Shown: positions 11,570 through 26,067, counted from the first letter of the stretch. The stretch is 64,000 nt of DNA from Octopus vulgaris (GCA_951406725.2 OX597817.1:69874001-69938000), one strand, 5' to 3'. Notes: generated from the letters alone by a model not told the origin. Translations and numbers: made by a program.

Positions 11570-14050
11570 AGCAGCAATAAGGCAAATGAAAGAATAACAA
11601 AACAGAAACAACAACGAAAAACTTCAACAAAAATGAGATCATTCAACATGCGTGCACGCTCCACCTCTGCCGCCACCAATATTATTAATTCCAACACGAA
11701 AAATGCAAATTTAATGCCAGAGGGTACGTCGACGTGACCCTCCAAATACAGGAATAACTTTTATCCTTGGAAGAATTACAAATGTAAGAAAACATCTCAC
11801 AAGATTTGGAAGAAACATCGTACTCAACATTCGAAATCCACCCAGCAACAGAGTCAAAACTGTAAGTATATAAAATCTTAGCCATAAAAAAAGACGAGAG
11901 TAGATGACACAGTAGCAGATTGAAAAGTGCCTCACACCCATCAGAGGAAAATAATATGGTATAATTGAGATTAGATTTCTTACAGGATGAAACCAGGAAA
12001 CACTCGACAACAATCCTTAGGTGTGATGAACTAGTGTTCACCCTAACCTACTTCGGCCGCAGGGTAGTTAAAATAAAGTCAGTTAATGTACCGTTGAAAA
12101 TAAACATTTACTTGTTGGTGACAGTTCTCCTTTATGATATAGAGGGAAAAAAAGAATATTTGACATGTGTAAAGGCTGCAAAATCAAAATTGCTCCACCA
12201 GGAAATGGAGCTATTGATCGAAACGGATAAATAAGCACGAAGTCTACATCCGACCTGATCACCCTACCAGACAACATAAAATTATATGTGTTCGTTGAGG
12301 ATAGAAAGCACAGGGGTCACTTGTGTGGTAGCACAAACCACCTCAAGTAAAGAAGGGGAAAAGAAAGACTGTAGCTACTGCAGCAAACATCACAACGTTT
12401 TCAGTGAAAACAGCAACAACACAATTAAAACAACACCAACAGTAAAAATACAGCATTAATGCTAATAGCGGTAAGCGGTCACAACCATTGATGATAGCGA
12501 GAGTAAAATCAACATTCGCGTAAACAGCTGTAATATCAGCACAGCAACAGTGGCTGCAGTAACAAGAGTAGCAGGAACCATCACAACAACATTGAAAAAA
12601 GCAGCAATTAAAACAACAGGAAATACACCACCATCATAGGCCACATCACAAACAATTGCAATAACTGCAACTGAAAACCTCAAACCGATAACTACATCAA
12701 TAAAACAATAATACAAAACCTTCCAGATGTATTTCCCTCCCCAACTCATATACCATACGGACGTGACATGCAGTGGACATGATGGAGAGGACACTAAATG
12801 GCAAACGATTACAAATGAAATAAAAATGAAACAAAAATATAAAAATACACCAATTAAAAGACTGACAAATACGAATAGGAGTGGGGTGAAGTGAAACAAC
12901 AGCATCACACACAACAGCAGCTACACCAGGTCTTAATAAATATTATCATTCCCATCCCCACCAACAATCCTTTCACACGCCATCATTACAAGTACAAATA
13001 CGAACAAATTCACTCACTGACAATCAGAATACATCCCCCAACATGAACAAAAAATAAAGAAATCGTTAACTACTCAGCCGTAAATAAAAACAAAAAAAAA
13101 ACTAATGGTCACGAACACCAAAATACAAGCAATACACACAGTATCTACATCACATCAACCAATAGCCTTCCATCAAGCATAAAAAAAAATCACTCAAATT
13201 TTGCAACAAAAGAACCACAAAACGCTAGGAGAAATCAACGGAAATATAAATAAAAGACTATATAAAGAACTGCTTGTGGAACAGCTGCAGTTAATATGAA
13301 AGAAGAAATACCTGTTCCTTCATAGGAATAAAATGACTGAACTTTTTCTCTTGTCAAACACGGTTGTGCGCAGAATAGGTAGCGTAAATGAACGTGTTTT
13401 GGGGGTCACCTTGAAAGCAGAGTCCCTGCTCAACAATCTAGGGCTAATAGATTAGATGTGGGCGCCATCGGCGTGATCAGAGTTTTCGATCCACAAGCCT
13501 TTATACTCATTTTGCGTGGATACGAGATTTACTCGTATCCACGAAAACCAGGATTGGGTGGCGGAGCTACAATGTTTCTGAAGGAGCTGGGTCTCCAATA
13601 CGAACCATTTTCTTGGACCCAGAAGGTAAGATTATGGTCCTGGACATAAGCAATAGTGACTTCGCACTAGTAACTGTTTATGATCCGACGGGTGGGATAA
13701 TCAAATTTCTTAAAGTGTCTAGAGGTTTTCCGAGAAATGTTCCCTCATTAGTGGTGGTGCACAAATGAAATGCCAACTTGGATGAACGTTCGGATTGTGT
13801 GGAGCTAGCACATAGGAGAAAGGGGTTGTAAAGGCCTCGGAAATCTACTCAGTTGCTTCCAATTATCTGAAAGGGCCCAACTGTATTTCGTGAATTTGCT
13901 AATGAAGAATGGACAAGCCCATGGGATCATCCAGGTCATCTTCATACAGTATTAGGCAAGAAGATAAGGCTAGCGTAGATTACCCACAAGTTGTCGGCTA
14001 AACAAACCACAAATTTGTGATTTGAACGGTCGACCTAAAAAAAAGCAGAA
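11570..14050 (+). mobile_element. Decayed L1/Tx1-like LINE: ORF1 (degenerate zinc knuckle, Thr/Asn-rich tail) and APE endonuclease N-terminus
   Basis: ORF1-like ITLPDNIKLYVFVEDRK..HLCGSTNH near 12260-12345; APE-like RIGSVN (13370), GGGATMF, LDPEG and ALVTVYDP (cf. RIGxxNVRG, DPEGR, LVxVYAP). Confidence 0.65.
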
Positions 14051-14139
14051 GCGAATGAGATTCCTGGAAGAAAGCAATCTTCACATTGTCTGGAGTTACG
14101 TTTGACCGATATTTCTAGTCCTTTTAATAGGAATCTTGG

Positions 14140-15060
14140 AAAGATTCCTGGATAACTGCTTCATATTTTGGAACAAAAGTAAAGAAGCCCTTACAAAGCT
14201 TATGAAATTAATAAATAGCAATCATGAATCATCCAGTTCACCATAGAAATGAATAAAAGGGAACATCTTTTTCTGGATATTCTGATAATTACAGAAAATG
14301 TGTCACTTATAACTGATCACTACAGCAAGGACATAGACATATACACAAACATCTAGATTTTAGTTCTTACCACCAATCCTACACAAAAGGGAACATACCA
14401 TTCAGTATGCTAAATAGTTACAGACACAACCAGACGAGAGATACCACAGGCAGAACTAAATTTGTTCCTTCAGAAAAAAAATAACCTTAACATTTAACAA
14501 GTCATTCCATAACCAGAGCATAATGAGAGTGAAAACAGAAACACAGATATAAATATTCTATTCGTAGTCACCCATAATCCTAGAAACTACATCATACATT
14601 CGGCCAAACGGTACTTGCTAATTGTACATTAATTATCGACTCTCTGATAATTAAAGAATCTCAAATCATCAACAGACGAAGACAACCACCAAATCTCAAA
14701 AGACTCCTAGCAAAGGCGAGATTCATATCGGTGAAAGAAATAATACTAGTAACAAACCGTTGAGACACTCGTCATGAGTTGTGTGAAATAACTGAACAAG
14801 GAACAACCAAAAGATTCAAGAATACTGAGGAATGAAAAGTGAGTGAGAAACAGAAACACAAAAATTACCAGCAATGTGAGAGACCTCAGACAGCAAATTA
14901 AAGATTCATCTCTTAGAAATGTTCCATGCAGTGAACATCTAGACATTTGTGCAAATGGAAAATTTCGAAATATGCCTTTGTAAAAAATGCAAAAACCAAA
15001 ATGATAAACTTCGAAAGACCAAAGTAGAATACTTTATAAGCATTCTAAATGCGAGTTAGT
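14140..15060 (+). mobile_element. Decayed Penelope-like element: RT C-terminus/thumb and GIY-YIG remnant
   Basis: IQFTIE..LFLDILI..ITDHYSK, TKGNIPFS, FVVTHNP, RRQPPNLKRLL and PCSEHLDICANGKF are typical PLE motifs; many stops. Confidence 0.8.
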
Positions 15061-15788
15061 TATTTGGAGATGTTGAAAAAATGTGTATTAATTACAGCAA
15101 TATGTATATAACTGTTGAAGTGTTAAGTGAAATTTGGCAATCGAGGATCGAATCGACGCTATGCCTGCATGAAGCCATTACAAATACGTTGTGAAAAAAA
15201 GATTATCTACTGACATGGAGGAAGTATAACTGTAAAAATGCAGAATTATCGAAGTAATGGGCATTCAAAAAAGTATGTATGTATAGAAATGTATGAATGA
15301 AGAGATTCAAATTAAGGAAGTGCAATAATAATGTTTAGCAGTTCAAAACTATAAGTAGTGAAATGCAGAATTAGGTCGGCTGATCGTTGGTTCAAAGTAA
15401 TCGGACATAAACAATGAAATAGGTTATTTCTCTTGAGTGTTTAAAAACAATTGTGTAGGGGTATGAGTTATTTCCCTTGGGTGCTTAAAAAAATTAGTTA
15501 CATAAGGTATATATAAAGAATCTAAGTATGTCACGAGGTTTCCAGATATGAGTTTTACCCACGCGTCATGTTTCATCAAAATCAATAAAACGATGTAGGA
15601 GGAGTTAGCTAACAAGGCCACAAACAACAGACCGATTTTCCACATATGTAGTAGATATATCTACCCATATACGTACTCACGGGGTGCGCGCGCACACACA
15701 CACATACGTGTGAATTAGGATTTCAGAATCTTTGATGGATGGACAAACAGTTTGATGGATAAGAGAATATTTTCGTACTTGTGTGTGT

Positions 15789-15842
15789 GTGTATTCGCGC
15801 CTGTGCGTGTATTCGCGCCTGTGCGTGTATTCGCGCCTGTGC
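15789..15842. repeat. 18-bp minisatellite GTGTATTCGCGCCTGTGC x3
   Basis: Three exact units embedded in (GT)n. Confidence 0.9.
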
Positions 15843-16843
15843 GTGTGTATGTGTTAGTGACGCACAAAGTTCTAACTCGTGTTGAGAATGCCCACATTGC
15901 AATAGAAAGGCAATATAGAGTGTTTTCATGAAAGGAAATGCTTTAAATACAAGAGATATTGGCGCCGTTACCGATACGAGGAATGGTGGTAGGATATTCT
16001 GTGTTTGTTGCTATACATTTGTTCTATCTGGCTGGAAGTGGACTGAGAAAGCATAGCAATGTGGTGATTGCTGAGCTAAAGGTGAGCACAAACTTCATGA
16101 TTATTACTGTATAGGAATATCGCAGAAAAGGAAGAACCGAGAACGACGATGAAATTATTATCCCATCTCAAGTCCAACAGCTGCTTGCGATTGTATTAAT
16201 CCAGAACTGTTCACAAAATTGGTTCTGCCAGTAAAACACCTGACGACGGTGTTCAGAGAGACTATCTGAAGTGAGAGTGTTATTACTTTAGAGAAGATTT
16301 AAGCGTCACATGGACACCTTCATATCGCGAGATAAAAACCAATAGCACTTCTATTGCAGTTTGGTAACTGAAGAACAATGAATTTGAAGAGGTCTATGTA
16401 GCATTGTGTATACCAGATACTACACACCATACACTAATCGCTAAACGGCGTACGCTGTGATTATTGAAGAAAGAATGAACTTTTGAGTCTGTGCAGCATA
16501 AATGGTAATTACAACCCGTTCAGCTGTTTTCAGATTCCAACAAAACCTACCCTTTCTATATGCCATTGGAAAATTCTTACACAACTAATAAAACTACCAA
16601 CTACCCTCGATTTACACCAACGCTAACAGAGGACCCAGTTTCTCAGCACTTGACTTTTATTAACGAATAGAATCCAAGAACCAGAAGTAGCTCTAGCCTT
16701 CATCTTAGTTTTCGGAATTAACCTGAACGAACACTTCAGTTGTGAAACGACGAACGCCTACGGATTGTATCATCGATTTTATACAAACATATCAGTATGT
16801 ATATATGTATGCATACTTATGTGAGGTGTGTGAGTATGTACAT

Positions 16844-16877
<34 letters not shown>

Positions 16878-17559
16878 GTAGTCCAACGATGGCTTAGCTG
16901 GGAAAAACTGTCAATGTATGTACGTATGCATGTTGTATGTATGTATGACTCGTCTTCGTGAAGGCGTTAATGTGGTTTTGTTTAGCACCATGTCAGTTCT
17001 GTTTAGGCAGATTTACGACGAAAGGTATTCCAGCCGTATTCATCTTCCCCATCTACTTCTTACAAGACTAGGAATGCACAAGCTTGTACGTTCCTTTCAT
17101 CTACGATAGCAAGGTATGATGTGAAGGTGGATTTGGCTGATACGCGTAGCATATCCAGCTACCGTCGGTGATTCGTACATATTCATTTGGCTATATGTTA
17201 AATATTTCTTTGAAGTTCCAAACACTTACCTATTTTTATTTACTAATAATGTGGATAGTCTTAATATAACGAATTCCCTGTTCACGTAGTTACAAATATG
17301 AGAACCTGATGTCGGTGTTTGAATTGTTCAATTAGATATGACTTCCTTTCCTCAGCTGAAGGTAATCGATAAAACAATTAATATCTTTCTACTTTTTATG
17401 TACTTTGGATCCAAAGGATTAACCATACTTTTTCATCATTCCAAAATCAATAAAACTAGGCGGAGTAAAACAACTTGGTAACGATGGAATCGACTACAAT
17501 ACACTGCGCTTCTGATATAAATATGAAGGTTGGCTGAAAAGCTCGTAATGATAATAAAT

Positions 17560-19037
17560 TTTTCTATTATAGGCACAAGGCCTGAATTTTTGTTGGAGCG
17601 TGTAGTTGACTACATCGACCCATGTGATCAACTGGTACTTATTTCATCAGCATCGAAATGATAAAAGGCAAAGCTACCTCGGAATTTGAACTCAACGTAA
17701 AAACGGATGAAATGCCGTTAACCATTTTTTCCGACGTGCTAACGATTCTGCCGGCTCAGCGCCTTAATAAGAAGTCTTGTGTTTTGCATAGGGACAAGGA
17801 CTGAAATTTGTGAGAAGGTTTAATCGATAACATCGACACCTTCATCAACCTTTTTATCGACCTCTTTATTGAATCCGGATGGATAAAAGGCAAAGATGAT
17901 ATCGGCAGCCTTTAAACTCAGAACTTTAAAAAGCCTCAACAAATATCGTAAATCATTTTGTTCGATGCTCTGACGAATTTGCCTTCAAATAATAGAATCT
18001 AACATTGCACAAGGTTAACTGATTACATCAGTCCCCGGACTTGACTGATACTTTAACATTGATTCCGGAGGGATGCAAAGCAAAGTTGACATCGACTGGA
18101 ATTTAACTTAGAGAGCACAGAAATGGGACAAATACTGCAAGGCATTTTGTCCGAAATTTTAACGATTCTACGAAAGCATTAACCCTCATTCTGCCATTTT
18201 ACCGCCCTGATTCTAGAAATCCGTAATGAAAATAATGCCAAGACTTAGAAATACCAAATGGCAACTGGGTAACTATTTCTCACCGGTAGGGAGTATTTTA
18301 GTTTGGTTAGCAACCCTCTTATAGCTGCTGTCTAAAAAACTACTGTGCAGATTTCAGACAAGCCCAATACTCGAAATTTGGGTTCGGGAGGGAAACATTC
18401 GGTTATGTCAACCCGAGTACTTAACTGGTACATTATTTTATAGATCTCGGAAAGTTTAAATGTAAAGCTGATCTCAGTGGGATTTAAATGCAGAGCTCAA
18501 ACAGCTCAAACATATACTGCAAGGCATTCTTCTATTCGAAATATTTCAATTAAAACACTAGAGTCGCACAAACCACGCTTCTATGGGTCTTATTTTCAAC
18601 ATAGTGAAATATAAATAAGTTTAAATGAGAAACATATTGTTATATTTCGGGATGGTCACTTTTGTTTTTGTTCAGAGATTTTAGGACCGCTATACACCAT
18701 GGAGTCCGTTCCATACAGTCTTGAAAAATATGTATCCAACCATCAAGGAAAATAAAAATGTACGGTAATACAAGTTTATATGGTCAATAGAATAAAGTAC
18801 CAGTCAAGTACCGGGCTCGATTGAATCGACTAACTCCCTCTCATTTGAATTTTAGGCCTTGTGCCTGTGTTAAAAGCAAGTAGGGTGTACCCTTCGTCCC
18901 TCCGGGTGCTATAAAATAAAGCATCAGTTAAATAATGGCGTCAGTGCATATGACCTTCCTAAAAGTTGCAGATCTTGTGTCAAAATCAGAAACGATCATC
19001 ATCATCATCATCATCGTCGTCATTGTCGTCGTTGTGG

Positions 19038-19089
<52 letters not shown>

Positions 19090-19240
19090 TATGCTTGTCT
19101 TTCAACCTTCCGGGGTGGATAAAATAAAATACCAGTTAATTACTGGAGTTGATATAATTGATAGTTCAATTATATCGATTCCAGTGTTTGCGACCTTTTC
19201 TCAATGTTGAAAATCAATATTATAAGGAGGGTGGAATGGC
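17560..19240. mobile_element. Cluster of degraded SINE family D copies (Meta-SINE-like core), mixed orientation
   Basis: Repeated variants of gaaaggcaaagtcgacctcggcggaatttgaactcag (reverse: B-box gagttcaaattcc followed by cctttcatcctttcggggtcgataaa..agtaccag). Confidence 0.75.
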
Positions 19241-19809
19241 ATAACGGATAAAGAATCGGACAAAATGCCTTAGTTACAGCCTTTAACAATTTCAGTTCAA
19301 ATTTTACCCAACCATCACGATTCAATGAAAACTATTAGATAAGTATTCGTTTATGAACTCCACTGTGTATGTGGACGAACGACTGCCTAGATTAAGGTGG
19401 GTGGATGTCATTGATGGGCCCTAGGTGCTGGTTTTCTTCTAAGGAACTTTATCATAAATGTCTATATGTACACACATATAGACATATATGATAAAGTTCC
19501 TCACACTTTAGATAACTTCTCAACCTAATACCACCTCATCAGTTGCTTTTGTGCCAGCAGAGCAAGCCCCAATACTGAGGACAGCTAGAATTTTGAGATT
19601 GATAACAACCAATTATCAAAGCTTATAACGTGCGGAAAGGGACCCTATGAGACAGCTGACAACAAGCTGCTGTCTGCTTTCACAGAAGCAACCAGAGCAA
19701 ACAAGTCCGAGCGCTCTGAGAAGTAAAACAATCATAATCAGAAAACTTGTGTGGTACTGAATGCCTTATAGGACATACACACGCCCTTCCACACATTATT
19801 GATATATCA

Positions 19810-20115
19810 CCGTGAACACCGTGACCGGCCAGGCTATCAGATGTTGCTACACATTGCTGGTGACAATGTGCTTCACATTGTTTGAGCCTTCAAATGGCGC
19901 CACCCCGCTGGCTAAGCGAGCAGGCCAACAGAAGTAAGAGTGAGAGAAAGTTGCGCGAAAGAGTACAGCAGGGGTCGCCACCACCCCCTGCCGGAGCGTC
20001 GTGGAGCTTTAAGTGTTTTCGCTCAATAAACATACACAACGCCCGGTCTGGGAATCGAAACCGCGATCCTACAACCGCGAGTCCGCTGCCCTAACCACTG
20101 AGCCATTGCGCCTCC
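19810..20115 (-). mobile_element. SINE family B copy
   Basis: Reverse complement of the 3960 head (ggaggcgcaatggctcagtggttagggcagcggactcgcgg), with a different 3' tail. Confidence 0.85.
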
Positions 20116-20123
20116 TTATTGAT

Positions 20124-20188
<65 letters not shown>

Positions 20189-20209
20189 GTACAAACACAC
20201 ACAAACGCA

Positions 20210-20594
20210 TCTCTCTATATATAAACGGCAGTTTGTCTGTGCGTGTTTCTGTGTGTCTGTTTGCTTGTACCCTCACCCTGACCACGGCTGTCAACCGAAT
20301 CTGATGAAACTTGACACACACATAGCCCAATGTCATAATTCAAAACTAACGCAGCGAAATTTTTGAAAAGTTCCCCCAGTTCTGAAAAAAATCGATAAAT
20401 TCGACATGGGGTCGAGAATCAGAAACACGAACCACAAGCTGTCTAGGGGACGCAACTCCACCTTTTTTAAATCTCAAAAAAAAATTTACCATCATTTTTT
20501 TCCATTTTTTTGCTATTTTTTGGCTATAACTCTCTAAAAATGCTTTATAGTTATTTCCCTTACAAACCTGAGCAACGCCGGGCGATACTGCTAG
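20210..20594 (+). mobile_element. Non-autonomous Helitron
   Basis: Starts A|TCTCTCTATATATAA, ends GC-rich cctgagcaacgccggg then CTAG|T; no TSD; 3' part shared with 34903-35000. Confidence 0.85.
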
Positions 20595-20722
20595 TATATA
20601 TATACATACATACATACATACATACATACATACATACATACATACATACACAGGCTCATATATATACAGGAATATTTACATAGAGCATAAAAATATAGAA
20701 TACTAAGATAATAATGTCTTAA

Positions 20723-20865
20723 CTCGACAGCTGTTTCAGGAACCTCGGAGTTCTATAATAATCATAGTACTCATAATTTGCAGATGAAACCTGCAAACAG
20801 CCCTGCGTATGCTGTAAACAGTCACACGGATATATTACAATAAGTCTGGTTTCCCTCATCAAGAG
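20723..20865 (-). ncRNA. Type I hammerhead ribozyme motif, variant core UUGAUGA, long stem II insertion
   Basis: Minus strand reads CUC-UUGAUGA-GGGAAACC...GGUUCCU-GAAAC-AGCU-GUC-GAG; palindromic stem III, GUC cleavage triplet. Confidence 0.6.
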
Positions 20866-20936
20866 ATGGTTGGCAAAAGTGGGTCATATACTAGTACCAG
20901 AAATTTAAATGGTTCAAGAAAGAGAAGTACAAGAAC

Positions 20937-21000
<64 letters not shown>

Positions 21001-21039
21001 CATATATATGAATGCGTGTGTATATATATATACTCTTAC

Positions 21040-21400
21040 TCTTTTACTTGTTTCAGTCTTTTGACTGCGGCCATGGTGGAGCACCGCCTTTAGTCGAGCA
21101 AATCGACCCCAGGACTTATTCTTTGTCAGACTAGTACTTATTCTATCAGTCTCTTTTGCCGCACCGCTAAGTGACGGGGACGTAAACACACCACCACCGG
21201 TTGTGAAGCGATGTTGGGGTGGGGGTGGGGGCAAACACACAAGCATACACACACACACAGACACATATACGACGGGCTTCTTTCAGGCTTTGGTCGGCCC
21301 GAGGCTATAGTAGAAGACACTTGCCCAAGATGCCACGCAGTGGGACTGAACCCGGAACCATGTGGTTGGTAAGCAAGCTACTTACCACACAGCCACTCCT
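21040..21400 (-). mobile_element. tRNA-derived SINE family A (CORE-like ttgggcaag motif, internal microsatellite)
   Basis: Reverse of aggagtggctgtgtggtaagtagc..gggttcagtccc..cttgggcaagtgtcttctac..gactgaaacaagtaaaagagta; many copies in the window. Confidence 0.9.
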
Positions 21401-21590
21401 ATATATATATGCATGCATACACCTATACACACATACACACACACACTCACTCACACATACTTATAGTATACATAGGTAGCTGAATGGATGGATAGATATA
21501 GATGTATACACACACACACACAAACTCACACACACGCACATATATATATATATACATATATGTATGTATGTATATATATATGTATATATG

Positions 21591-21631
<41 letters not shown>

Positions 21632-21656
21632 ATGCGTATATATATATATGGATGCG

Positions 21657-21689
<33 letters not shown>

Positions 21690-22349
21690 GTATGCATCCA
21701 CATCAATATATACATGCAATATAGGGGAAATTTTTATTATTATTATTTGTTATTTCGATGTTGCTACAGGGAGCAAGGGAAATGGTGGAAATTGCGGTGG
21801 AGGTGGGAGAGAGGCATCATAATATCAGGCAACATCTTTGCAGTAGTGGGAGGTGATAGTGCTAGGAAGAAATTACAAATGCTTTGTGTGTTGAGGACAA
21901 TGATCCAATAGGGTCCATAATGTTCACATTGATAGAAAGCAATAGCAATGACAGCATGTACAGCAACACTTATATAAACAAAATCGACAATATTAAAGAC
22001 AAAACAAAATCGATAGCACTATTGTAGCCACCTGTGATAATGGACCAATGCAGCTTCAACAGTAACAACAACAACAACAGCAGCAGCAGCAGTGGCAGCA
22101 GCAGTGGCAGCAGCAGTGGCAGCAAAGACAATTGGGAAACCACCAGCAAAACAGAAAAAAATAAAAGATTATAGCCACGAAAGAGGGAGAGAGAGAGACT
22201 GTGAAAATAATGTATATTTGCAAGTGTTGTAAATGAACGGATAGACTTAAACGCAAACGTTGTGACCGAAATACGAGAAACGAAATGAAATATCTCAGTA
22301 GGGAACAATAAATGACTTTATTCCATGAAAAAGGAATAATATTGATTTC

Positions 22350-23230
22350 AAATTTTGGTAGTCAGGGCAGCAATTTCCGGGTGGGGTGTGGGCAAATTGA
22401 TTACTTATTACGTCGATCACAATGATCAAGTGGTACTTATTTTATTGACCCCGAATGGCAAAGTCAGACCTTGGTGGAATTTGAACTCAGAACTTAAAGA
22501 CGGTCGAAAAGCCACAAAGCATTTTTGCCCGGTGTGCTAACCATTCTTTTCTACTCTAGGTACAAGGTCCGAAATTTTGGGAGAGGGGGTGAGTCGATTA
22601 GAACCAATACGCAACTGGTATTTAATTTATCGACTCCGAAAGGGTGAAGGCAAAGTCGACCTCGGCAGAATTTGAATTCAGACCAAAAAGACAGACGAAA
22701 TGCTATAAAGCATTTTTGTTCGGCGTGCTAATGATTCTGTCAACTCACCGTCTTATGAAAAAAAGAATAATAATAGTTCTTTCTACTGAAGGTACAAGGC
22801 CTCAGATTTGTGGGGAGGGGATGAGTCGATTACATCGACCCCAGTGTTTCTTTGGTACTTAATTTATCGACCCCGAAAGTCAAAGTCGACCTCAGCGGAA
22901 TTTGAACTCAGAACGTAGCGGCAGACAAAATACTGCTAAGTATTTCGCCCGGTGTGCCAACGATTCTGCCTGCTCGCCGCCTTTGGAATAATAACAATAT
23001 AGGTTTAAAATTTTGGCACAAAGCCACCAACTTTTTTTTGGGGGGGGGGGGGTAAGTGTATTACATCGATCCCAGTACTTGACTGTTACTTATACATCGA
23101 CTCCAAAAAAGGATGAATGAAGATGTAAAGTCGACCTCGGCGGAATTTGAACTCAGAACCGGAAACAGTAAAAAAATGAAACTAAGCACTTTTCTCTCAG
23201 TGTGCTAACGATCCACCCAGTTTGCCGCCT
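22350..23230 (-). mobile_element. Head-to-tail run of four SINE family D copies
   Basis: aagtc(g)acct..gaatttgaa(c/t)tcaga recurs at about 22460, 22650, 22880 and 23130. Confidence 0.8.
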
Positions 23231-24278
23231 TTGGAAACGTTAACGTGTGTAGAAGAAAAAAATCACTTAATAGCAACTCATTGGAATACAATTAAGCGAT
23301 TAAGATGTTACATTAAAGAGACGAAAATATCGCGACTATATCAAAAGAATAAAAAGGTTCGATGTAACCTACAGACCTACTGAATCTCTTCTTCCATATT
23401 TAAGAAGCATAGTTCATACCATCTTCTTTAGAAAGCCTTTTAAAGTTTTAGCAATGTTTGCATTTATTACAAGAATAAACTGTGTGAATGGTATTTACAT
23501 TAAAAAACAAAAATTGTTCTCTGTTGCAGTTATATTATTAATCAATAATTTCTCTTTATTGAATATGTTAATTGGTTAATTGCTTGTGGATGAATTTACT
23601 AATTTTGGTGGAAAGCAGAAGCTCAGATGTTTCACCTTTGTAGATGAAGATAGTTTTATTGAATTTTACCGCCGTTCCCACTACTACTACCACCACCTTC
23701 ACCACCATCACCATAAGCGTGCTCGAGTAAACACACGCACACATACACATGCACACACACACACACACACACACCACCCACCACACACAAGCTGTTACTA
23801 AAAGAGCATGATCAAGAACAATATCAATAAAAGATAAACAATACATTGATTTGTACTTTTGTATCCCAGCGACAAGCTGATAAGACCTCAGACAAGGATC
23901 ATCGATCAAGCACGTAGAACAATAAACTAGTTCAATAGGGAATTTAGAGGGGAATTAAATAGTAAAGACACGGTGAGGCCTTAAAATTGGCCGTTCGATT
24001 AGTATCGATTAGTTTCAGTAAAAAAGCAAAACCGTTAGTAAATAGTAGTAAATGTTAGTAAGTAGTTAAACTGGAAAATACTCGTTAAAAACCATCGCAC
24101 TCGATATGCTCGGAATCAGAGAGGACCTCAGACGATTTCTTTGGCGAAACCCTGAAAAGCTTAAGGTTTTGGTGGACTGTAAGCAGATTTGTGTAATCTT
24201 TCAGCAGAATATTATCAAACCAGTCAGAAATTTGAACTTTTAAACTTATGTTCAGGTACATAATTAAACACTATCTTA

Positions 24279-24670
24279 GGCGTAGGAGTGGCTGTGTGGT
24301 AAGTAGCTTGCTTACCAACCACATAATTTCGGGTTCAGTCCCACTGCGTGGAACCTTGGTCAAGTGTCTTCTACTATAGCCTCAGGCCGACCAAAGCCTT
24401 GTGAGTGGATTTGGTAGACGGAAACTGAAAGAGGCCCGTCGTATATATATATATATATATATATGCGTGTGTGTGTGTTGTCCCCCCCCCCAACATCGCT
24501 TGACAACCGATGTTGGTGCGTTTACGTCCTCGTATCTTAGCGGTTCGGCAAAAGATCCGACAGAATAAGTACTACGCTAACAAAGAATAAGTCCAAGGGG
24601 CGATTTGTTCAACTAAATGTGGTGCTCCAGCATGGCCTCAGACAAATGACTGAAACAAGTAAAAGAATAA
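24279..24670 (+). mobile_element. SINE family A, full length
   Basis: ggcgtaggagtggc head, internal (TA)/(TG) tract, gactgaaacaagtaaaaga tail. Confidence 0.9.
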
Positions 24671-25915
24671 AAGAAAAAGAAAAAAGAATTTTGTTTCCAA
24701 AGAATCGAGCAGTGGACATTTTTTAAAACCCTGGTACTTTTTCTATAGCCCTCTTTTGCCGAATCGCTAGGTTACGGGAACGTAAATACACCAACACCGG
24801 TTGTCAAGCGGTGGTGAAAAACTAACACTGACAAAGGCACACACGCACACGCGCGCATACAGACACAAGCACACCCACACCCACGCACACACACACACAA
24901 ATGTATATACACAACGGGCTTCTTTCAAACTCACTCGCAACCAGAACCATGTCCTTGGGAAGACAAACTTCATACTGCACAGCCACACCTGCGTCTGCTA
25001 CAAAACATTTGCTTCAGATATTCTATCGGTTTTATCAATCTACGGTTTTGAAGGATGGATAATATACTAAGTAACAATTATGTCTATCTCTTTCTTCCTC
25101 CACAAACCTGCACAGCCTATTTGTGGTACGTTACCTGTCTGAAGTTTCTTGGACGCTAAGAAGACAAGAGAGGGAGAGATTATTGGTTAGTTTGAAGGAG
25201 GGCCTAAGTCGATTATATGGACCATAAGGGGCTAAACACAGAGGGGACAAACAAGGAAAGACAAACGAATTAAGTCGATTATATCGACCCCAGTGCGTAA
25301 CTGGTACTTATTTAATCGATCCCGAAAGGATGAAAGGCAAAGTCGACCTCGGCGGAATTTGAACTCAGAACATAGCGGCAGACGAAATACCACTAAGCAT
25401 TTGTGTAAGGAGCGGTAACGATTCTGCCAATCTGCCGTCGTAATTGTATTAGAATTTAATAACTGCAAATAGTTTCTTTTATTGACCAAATGAGTCTAAT
25501 GCAGCACAGGATTCATGGCGAGTGAAACGAGAAATTAGCCACAAGTATTTCAAGGAGTTTCTTGAGTCAACTTCTGCCCCTGTTCTGGCTTAAGACGCGT
25601 GGATGATTTCCAGAAATCCCTGCTTATTCGGGATAAACTCTATAGGCATGAAAGTGCCGTCGGCCGGGCCTGCATGAGATGTGCACGGAGTAACGAAACT
25701 CTTCTGCAAACATTCGTCGTGTGCCCAAGCCTTGCTGATTTGTAGGTTTATGTCGAATACCTACTGTAGTGTGTAGGACGGATTGGACTATCAGGTGAGT
25801 CACTTGTGAAAATTGCCCCCCCCCACACACACTTTACTTTGACCCGTAGGACAGGCTGTGTTTATCTGCCTGGTGAGTTTAATTATGTTCAGGTACATAA
25901 TTAAACACTATCTTA

Positions 25916-26067
25916 AGCGTAGGAGTGGCTGTGTGGTAAGTAGTTTGCTTACCAACCACATGGTTCGGGTTCAGTGGCACCTTGAGCAAGTGTCTTCTAC
26001 TATAGCCTCCGGCCGACCAAAGTCTTGTGAACGGATTTTGTAGACGGAAACTGAAAGAAGCCCGCCG
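25916..26067 (+). mobile_element. SINE family A, 5' half
   Basis: Head through gaaagaagcccg, then truncated. Confidence 0.85.

Noticed and set aside
15960-16780. Possible decayed APE endonuclease of another LINE
   Set aside because: Only a vague GDFN-like trace; motifs too degraded to support a call.
23580-23690. Short protein-like stretch MLVDEFTNFGGKQKLRCFTFVDEDSFIEFYRR
   Set aside because: No convincing splice sites or recognisable family; runs into microsatellite.
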